Source: Klebsormidium nitens
Lineage: Eukaryota; Plantae; Klebsormidiophyceae
Direction of reading: 5' to 3'
Assembly (NCBI GenBank): GCA_000708835.1
Contig: DF237098.1
Span: forward strand, 1-51,990
Length of the DNA stretch: 51,990 nucleotides
Position numbers and translations under genes: made by a program. Shown here in pieces: positions 44,795 through 51,990 of the stretch (the first letter of the stretch is position 1; every line of letters begins with the position of its first letter). The notes beneath the pieces were generated by a model. The model was not told the DNA's origin. It did not search any database and saw nothing but the letters and a program-made list of their open reading frames with translations.

Positions 44795-47700
44795 AAGTGA
44801 GCGAAAGTGATTTCCAAATTTCCTCCAAACTTCGGAACCAAGGGGTGAAGCCGCACACTAGCTGCAAATTCTGGACCGGCAGGTGATACTGGACATAAAT
44901 TAACGTCCGACATTAGACGACCTTTGCTGTGCATGCCTAAGTTCAGGACTTGTTTCAGAATTTAAAGTTTTGAACTGCGCGCAGCGCCACAAGGATGAAG
45001 GACAGCGAAACGCGAAAAACACTTTTAACGGAAGGTCGGTTCTGCTCCCTGAGATTACTGGAAGAGCCTGGAGCACGCACTGGCTTTTGGCATTGTAACG
45101 TCCGCCGCGCCCACTAGAGAAAACGAAAGATGATAAACGGAAAACCAACCTAAAACAAGCCACGGAGCATACCATTTTCCGACCGGTTGAAACCTCAACG
45201 GACGTCAACGGTGTGACCCCCTGGTCACGCCATTCAATATTCCCACAACAGAGAAATAATCAACGGATGGCATCCGAAGCTTGCGTTGGGAGATATGAGA
45301 TGCTAATCAATTTTGTCGTAATCACCGGTAATTGCGAATCACATGTTTAGATTACAACGCTTTCCAAGACCTTTCCGAAGGGCTCGAGCCTGATTTTGTA
45401 GGATAATGTCATGACAATCATACTCAAAGGCTTCAGAAAGCTCTTTCGAGAATTGGGTACGACGGTCCCAAGTCTAGCTTCACAGCCTCCGTGAGCGGAA
45501 GTCTTTGGGGTGGAAACAAACGCTCTACGGAGACCAGAGCGCTTGTTTTTGTTCCGGTGCACAAACACGAGATCTTGGCAACTCGAGGAAGTCACCGACA
45601 AATTCCGGGCGGGAAAATCACTTGCCCAAGCCGATGGAATGATTGGCAGGTGCGCTTACGATGGAATCCTTTGGAGACAACATCTCAAGGATGAGGCCCT
45701 AATTAATGAGACGTCAGTATCATGCTCTTGCGAGAATGCACCAAACTTGACACAGTGCATAGTCGATACTTTGCCAGAAAAGTACGTACTGAAAAGGTAC
45801 TTTGACGTGATAGAGGACTCATCTGATCGTGTATTTCTGGCTTTAAAGTCATTGCCAAACCTAATGCAGGGTGGAGACAACCGGTCTTACGACGTGAAGA
45901 CACGGATAACTTTCAACGGATTCAGGGCGGCTAGGGAAAACTCTGATCAGGGACTTGGTCTGCCAAATTGGGTTTCGGCTTCTCGCTGACTAGAGGTATC
46001 AGGTTCAGTGGCCACGGTTGCTAGCCATTGGTTGCGATCATGGCCTGTCGAACTCGAAAGAAGGAAGTGATAACGAGTGCCAACACCAAGAGAAAGCGCT
46101 GTCCAAAGACCCGGCGGTTGGAGTAGGAACTAGGGGGGGGGGATTTCACGAAAGCAGTACTAAGCGACCGAAGCCAAGTGAACATCCCCACAGTTATCCT
46201 GTTAACTTCTCAGGCTATTGCAAGCTTCAAAATAAGTTCGACAGACTTTGGTCAACGCGCAAGAAAGTGCTGAACAGGGCGGCGAACACGGAGGACTCCC
46301 GCTGAAAACTGAAGGCCGAAGCAGGTCTGAAGGACGCCTCCAAAAACGCCTCTGCCTGTGCTGCAACTTCTGGAACTCGCATTGGACGGATAGCATAAGA
46401 ACTCGGAAGCGCTGGAGGACGAGTCTAGGTGGATAGTCTTTCGAACTTGGATCGTCAGGCTGGCACTCGAAAGGATGGTGACAAGTATTGCGAAGTATGT
46501 TCCCAATAGTTGCTATCGAGGCCAGTCAAAGTCCTGCAGGAAGCGCAAACTTCCTCTGTTTCAATACGAAGAGGAAGTGCTCGTCATGGATTCATTGAGG
46601 CCGGGCCGAAAGCGTCGGCTTAAGACCAGTCCCGAGCAGACGTAGAGACGTTTTTCAACCTGCGACCTGTTTCTATCGACAGTCCAAGCTGTCAGCAAGT
46701 CTGACGAAACACAGGCAACTCAAAATGGTGAAGGAGATCGGGAAGAATGGGAACGCTACGAACTAAGAACACGACCTCTATTCACCTGAAACTGGGGGCC
46801 TGTAAGTGGTGGGGAGTCTTGTGCAACCATCGATACAGCTGGCAAAAGGATGAGGAATGCTGCCCATGTGCAAACCGCTAAGCTAGACATTCAAGACTAC
46901 AGTGGGCAGGAGAGATTGTCTTGAATGAGCGATGGGCTTCTTCCCAGCGTGACCCTACCCCTGCTAGTGCCAGGCCGGGATTGCACGTACATGTTCTGAG
47001 AAAGATTTTGTCGTCTCATTCGGGACAAGAAGGTTGAAAGTAGCTCAGACTACGTATGAGGACACTTTGTCACCCTGATTTTCAGCGCTTCCGCTGATGA
47101 CAATTGAGGGCTGCCAAACTGCTGTCAAAACAAAGAGCGGGCCCGCAAAGGAATTGGGGGAGATTCCTTTAGGTCAGCATGAATCCGGAAGACCAGCATG
47201 AAAGCGTGATTTGTGACGACGCATACCCTGGGTGCCAAGTGGCACATTCTTATTAGAACTCTCCGAATCAATCATACGCGAGCATGGCCGGGGGGGGGGC
47301 GAGGAAGGACAACAGACACAAATTCAATCGAACGGAATATCTCGGCTACTGCAAATTCTGCGGAAGCGAGTGGCATAACTGAAAGCGTTTGGATAGCACG
47401 CAACCGGGGCCCTGATATTCGATCAGGTAGGTCGTACTTGGGGGAGTGTCATCGGTTTTAGGAAAAATGGTGAATGCTGACAATGTGTACCGGTAAGGGG
47501 TTGTTATGAGATGGTAGAAGTCGGTGCTGCATGCTGATTAAAAGCCACCGCGAGGTGTTCACAAGTTCCTCGAAGTACTCCCTGCTAGAAACAAGGGAGT
47601 CGCGGTCAAGAACCGATAGCTCCGAGTGGCACTAGTCACCAATCGTCTAAAACTGCGGGGCTCAGCCATGCCACTCCGAGCCTGGCCCGACGAGGGTCAC

Positions 47701-48074
47701 GTGCAATGATAACGGTACTTCCTTATGGCACTCATCCGAATTTGCAAGCCTTTGCATCCCACGAAAGCTCCAAAAGCTACCCCAGAATGAAGTACTAAAG
47801 CAGAGACAAGCAAGACTCGAACCTGGCCCACTCACTGGCTTCAGCTAGACTTCCATACATGCATGGGCTCAACATCCCACACTTGCCTCCTAGCCCTTTT
47901 AAGTAGAACTGTCGGGAGAAGGAAAGTCCTAATGCGTCAATTCAAGTCACCTGTGCTAGCCTCAAGGTGCAATTTCCGGCGACCTGCACCGCTATCTGTA
48001 GGATATCAAAAGGCGAGACAAGTGGAAGAGAAAGACACTTTGCATACGATTAGCGACTTTTCATAAAGTCTGAA

Positions 48075-48530
48075 GCAGTCCCTGGACGTGGGCATGCATC
48101 CCACTTCTAGTTTTCACAGCCACAGGAAGTGGGCACCAGTAGGAAACCGTGAGCTATTACACAAATAGACCGGTGTCTGGCTGTCCAAAATTCCAGGAAG
48201 CATTCCGCTGGAGAACAGCCTGAGAGCCCGAGACGGCTCGATGCGGGCAGTACTTCTTCTGACGTGCGGACGCTTCAACCTGAGAGAAATAGTCCAAGCG
48301 CTCCAATACAAAACGTCGACTCGATCTGTACTGTCAAACTGGATCGATCGCGCGAACTTATATCAAATTGGCACTCAGATCAAAGATGGGGTCAAACGGA
48401 AGCTGGAAACTATGTTCCCACGAGTTACCGTCATGGCCAGTCACACTCTCAAGAAGCGAAGCTTACTTAAGTAAAAGCTAGACCAATCGGTGTCCGGAAG
48501 CCTGGATTTGGAGAACGGGTGCTGCCTCTC
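48075..48530. repeat. Dispersed degenerate coding-like module (copy), heading a tandem array
   Basis: Anchors shared with the 37870-38330, 38925-39345 and 35170-35420 copies. Confidence 0.8.
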
Positions 48531-48714
48531 GAGAGCACCATTGAACACAGGGTGTAAACTCCGACCTTCTAGCAGACTCCTGGTCGACACGCAAGGGGAC
48601 GGGGCGAACAGGTCGGCGACCGGAAAGCTGGGGGACCGGTGCAAGTTGGGGACGGCAGCAGCTGTTCGAAGAATGCTTCTTGAATTTGTGAGTGCCACCA
48701 AAACTGCCTCAGCA

Positions 48715-50150
48715 ATTGCGGGTGAGGTTGACGGACGAGTAAAGTGAGAAAACGTTGCCGGAGTACCAACGTTAGAACGTTAGACCACAGCGGCTGCAGG
48801 AATAGTAGCAAGCAAGCGGCTCATGGGCAATCTGCCCGGCCAAAATTACAAGAGCCGGGGCCTTGTGCTGCACGTCGAACGTCTTGAGCAGCTACCGCCA
48901 GCCAACACAGACAATCACGCTGGAAATGGATCCACGAAAAAAACATGAAGAGAACCAAACGCAAGTGATGTATCAGAATCCAGACGGCCGTGGCTCCATA
49001 TGCCGGAGATCTGGTCTCGAGTTTTGTCGCACTGATAGGGGAATGATGCGCCTTCCGAGACGACTCAGAAAGTGGCCGGTAAAAGCACTCCCGGATGCGG
49101 AATTGCTGGCCGGAGATGGTTCAAACGAAAAAGATGGATTAAGTGCGCAATTCGGGTGAGGTTGACAGACGGTTAAAGTTAAAAACGCTTGCCGGAAGTG
49201 CCGGACCGTTATACCGAAGCGGCTACAAAAAAAGAAAAAGAAACAATACTGCATTAAGCAAGCGTATGGGCAAATTGCCACCGTTACAGAATTCAAGGCC
49301 TTGTTCTGCACGGTGAACGTCTTGAGCAGGTACCATCATCCAATGAAGGGATTCGTACTGAAAGTGGTTGCANNNNNNNNNNNNNNNNNNNNNNNNNNNN
49401 NNNNNNNNNNNNNNNNNNNNNNNNNNNNNNNNNNNNNNNNNNNNNNNNNNNNNNNNNNNNNNNNNNNNNNNNNNNNNNNNNNNNNNNNNNNNNNNNNNNN
49501 NNNNNNNNNNNNNNNNNNNNNNNNNNNNNNNNNNNNNNNNNNNNNNNNNNNNNNNNNNNNNNNNNNNNNNNNNNNNNNNNNNNNNNNNNNNNNNNNNNNN
49601 NNNNNNNNNNNNNNNNNNNNNNNNNNNNNNNNNNNNNNNNNNNNNNNNNNNNNNNNNNNNNNNNNNNNNNNNNNNNNNNNNNNNNNNNNNNNNNNNNNNN
49701 NNNNNNNNNNNNNNNNNNNNNNNNNNNNNNNNNNNNNNNNNNNNNNNNNNNNNNNNNNNNNNNNNNNNNNNNNNNNNNNNNNNNNNNNNNNNNNNNNNNN
49801 NNNNNNNNNNNNNNNNNNNNNNNNNNNNNNNNNNNNNNNNNNNNNNNNNNNNNNNNNNNNNNNNNNNNNNNNNNNNNNNNNNNNNNNNNNNNNNNNNNNN
49901 NNNNNNNNNNNNNNNNNNNNNCAATGAAGGGATTCGTACTGAAAGTGGTTGCACGGAAGACACATACAAAGAGCCAGACTCGAATAATGCACCAGAATCC
50001 AACTGCCTGGGCTCCTAATGCTGACCTCTGGTCCCGATGTTTGCGGTATTAATAGGGAAATGATGCGCCTTCCGGGACGACTCAGACAGTGGCAGGTACA
50101 CGTACGTCCAGATGCAGATTGTGGAGATTGTCCGGAGAAAGGCGGAGAAG
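48715..50150. repeat. Two diverged ~430-bp tandem units; the second is interrupted by the N gap
   Basis: gggtgaggttgac.gacg, ggccttgt.ctgcacg..gaacgtcttgagcag.tacc, cagaatcca and atagggga/aaatgatgcgccttccg.gacgactcaga each occur twice, colinearly. Confidence 0.85.
49373..49921. other. Assembly gap (549 N), probably of negative true size
   Basis: The 31 nt caatgaagggattcgtactgaaagtggttgc occur both just before the gap (49341-49371) and immediately after it (49922-49952). Confidence 0.9.
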
Positions 50151-51990
50151 GACGAAGCAAGCGCGCAGAAAGACGCGCAAACGGCGTCAGAAACGTTGCT
50201 ACATAGAAAGATGGGCCTATGCCCGCACTTCTTCTTCCTTGCCCCTACTAAATCACAAGAACGGATTTCTAATATCTGCAAGGCAGTCCAAGACTTGCAG
50301 AAAAATTATAACAAATGATGGAACAATGTGGCATCGACATATGAAAGCTACGTACTTTACGCGTTGCCCTGGACTTGTGCTCTTGGCACTCATCTCATAC
50401 TAAGATAATCCACAGGAAATAAACGGAAGCGTTGCTAGAAAGCAGAGGCCTTTCTGCAGACATTGACGACAGATCAGAAAACAATGGCACGTACTCAAAT
50501 ATAATCAGAAGACAAGGTGCGTCGTCTTAAAGCTTCGCGTGAAGTCCCAAGGAAAGCACTAGCATCTTTGTGGACAGACGCGCGACGGCTGGTGGGCGAT
50601 CAACGGCGTCGGACCAAATCGACAAGCCAATAATCTGCTTGAGGTGTAACCTCATAACGAGTCGTCACTGCCGAAGAAATGATCGCTATATGAAAGAGGG
50701 TACCTTTGAATAGTGAGCTGAACGCAATCGGGTGTGAAGACACCTCGAATTGGTAACATGTCGCAGAATGTTCCATCCAGAAGCAGTTGATGCATGACTA
50801 AATGATGGCGTCCAGACGAGTAAACCCATCAGCCAATGAGCCCGTCGTCTCAGATTATCGTCATAGCCAGTTGCTTGTTCTACAAGAGAGAATACGAAGA
50901 GGGTCAATGTGGAACTGCACACATTCCGAGCCAGATACGCAACAAAGAAATATTTAAACGAAGCAGTCAGCAGCTGTGAAGCAGTGCTAACAAGGTGGCA
51001 AATCTGCCTCTTCCTAGAAACTGTGCACCGCGGCAAACGGGCTTTCATGGACCGTGTTCTGCGTTTCCAAGGACCTCAGACCAGGAGCAACAAGTAGTGC
51101 CGGACCACACCACATAACAGAAAGTTGAGCTTTTTCAAGTTTGGGTTGAAACCAAAGTTCGTGAATCTCAAAATCCTCTGCAAGGCTCTCAAGACCCGGG
51201 ACGAAAATAGGTGCCGCTTGCAAAGTGGCCAACCTCAAAAGTAGAGCATGATTCATGACCAGAGTATGTCGGGAACCTGTGGCTACATAATATGCGTGCC
51301 CAGATAGAAAATCACGCAACCCGTTCACTTCAAAACGGAAAAGACAAGAGAAATGACCAACATGGCGTCAGCGAGGAGAATTGGACCCTGAGGTTTTCCT
51401 CAATCTCCATCTCGTCGTCACAGCATACAGGGAAAGTAAACATACGGAAAACTGTAAAGAGGACGGACGAATTGTTAATTCGAGACGCCTTATTCCTATC
51501 GGAATCACAGAAGGAAGTCGACAACAAACGGCCCCCAAACGGCGTCAAAAATCAGGGTGAGTACGAGTGCATGTGTCCAGAGGCCTGTACTCGTACTAAA
51601 CAGGGCAAGCGAACTCCTGACTTTTGCAAAGCAAATTCAAAGAGTTGGAGACAAAGTGACCGCCCGTATGAGGAAAAAGTGCTGGAGCAAGCTGGCGTTG
51701 GCAGCTGTAAGTTACGTCCCTTCTACTCGTTGCAGTTCACTAATGATGGCAGCTTTCATCTTCGTGGCAGAGCACTCACGAGCTGTGAAAAAAACACTCG
51801 TAACACACAGATGTTGTTCTGTGCATGGACATTGGAAACTGAACAGAAAAAATGGAAACTCAAGAAATGCAGAAAAGAATCGTCTCGTAAGCTTCACGTG
51901 ACCTTCAAGGGAAACACTGCATCATGATGGAGAGACGAATGACGAGTGGTGGCGGTTGATGGCGTCAGACCATTGAAAACTGTTAGAAGT

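Noticed and set aside
49223-50160. Long ORFs spanning the gap
   Set aside because: They are artefacts of translating the N run.
51292-51927. 211-aa plus-strand ORF
   Set aside because: It has no recognisable domain or splice support, lies in decayed sequence, and equally long overlapping frames are present.

Overview
This is eukaryotic genomic DNA with GT-AG introns (GTGAG/GTAAG donors, YYYCAG acceptors). The intron style and a plant-type CBM+GH10 gene suggest a streptophyte alga such as Klebsormidium, which is my inference. Supported genes: (1) a frameshifted F-box/LRR pseudogene (741-1703, -); (2) an 11-exon secreted GH10 glycoside hydrolase with a CBM4_9/CBM22-like module (3290-13250, +; my model gives 753 aa); (3) a spliced PrimPol-type primase-polymerase gene (24879-27301, -), whose catalytic core is one GC-rich exon and whose two upstream introns carry copies of the same ~280-bp element; (4) an intronless ERF4/Golgin-A7-like gene (28745-29173, -). 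Most of 14-24 kb and 30-52 kb is decayed sequence. From ~35 to 50 kb it contains several copies of one degenerate coding-like module, F-box/LRR-like relics, and a probably false 549-N assembly gap. The most striking signal is in the GH10 introns. At least 17 degenerate 'echo' copies of the gene's own splice junctions lie in 7 of 10 introns, nearly all spaced 142-190 bp apart. Acceptor copies lie upstream of the exon and donor copies downstream, and copies are generally more decayed with distance. The nearest copies differ from the exons mostly at synonymous sites. No rRNA, tRNA or CRISPR array was seen.
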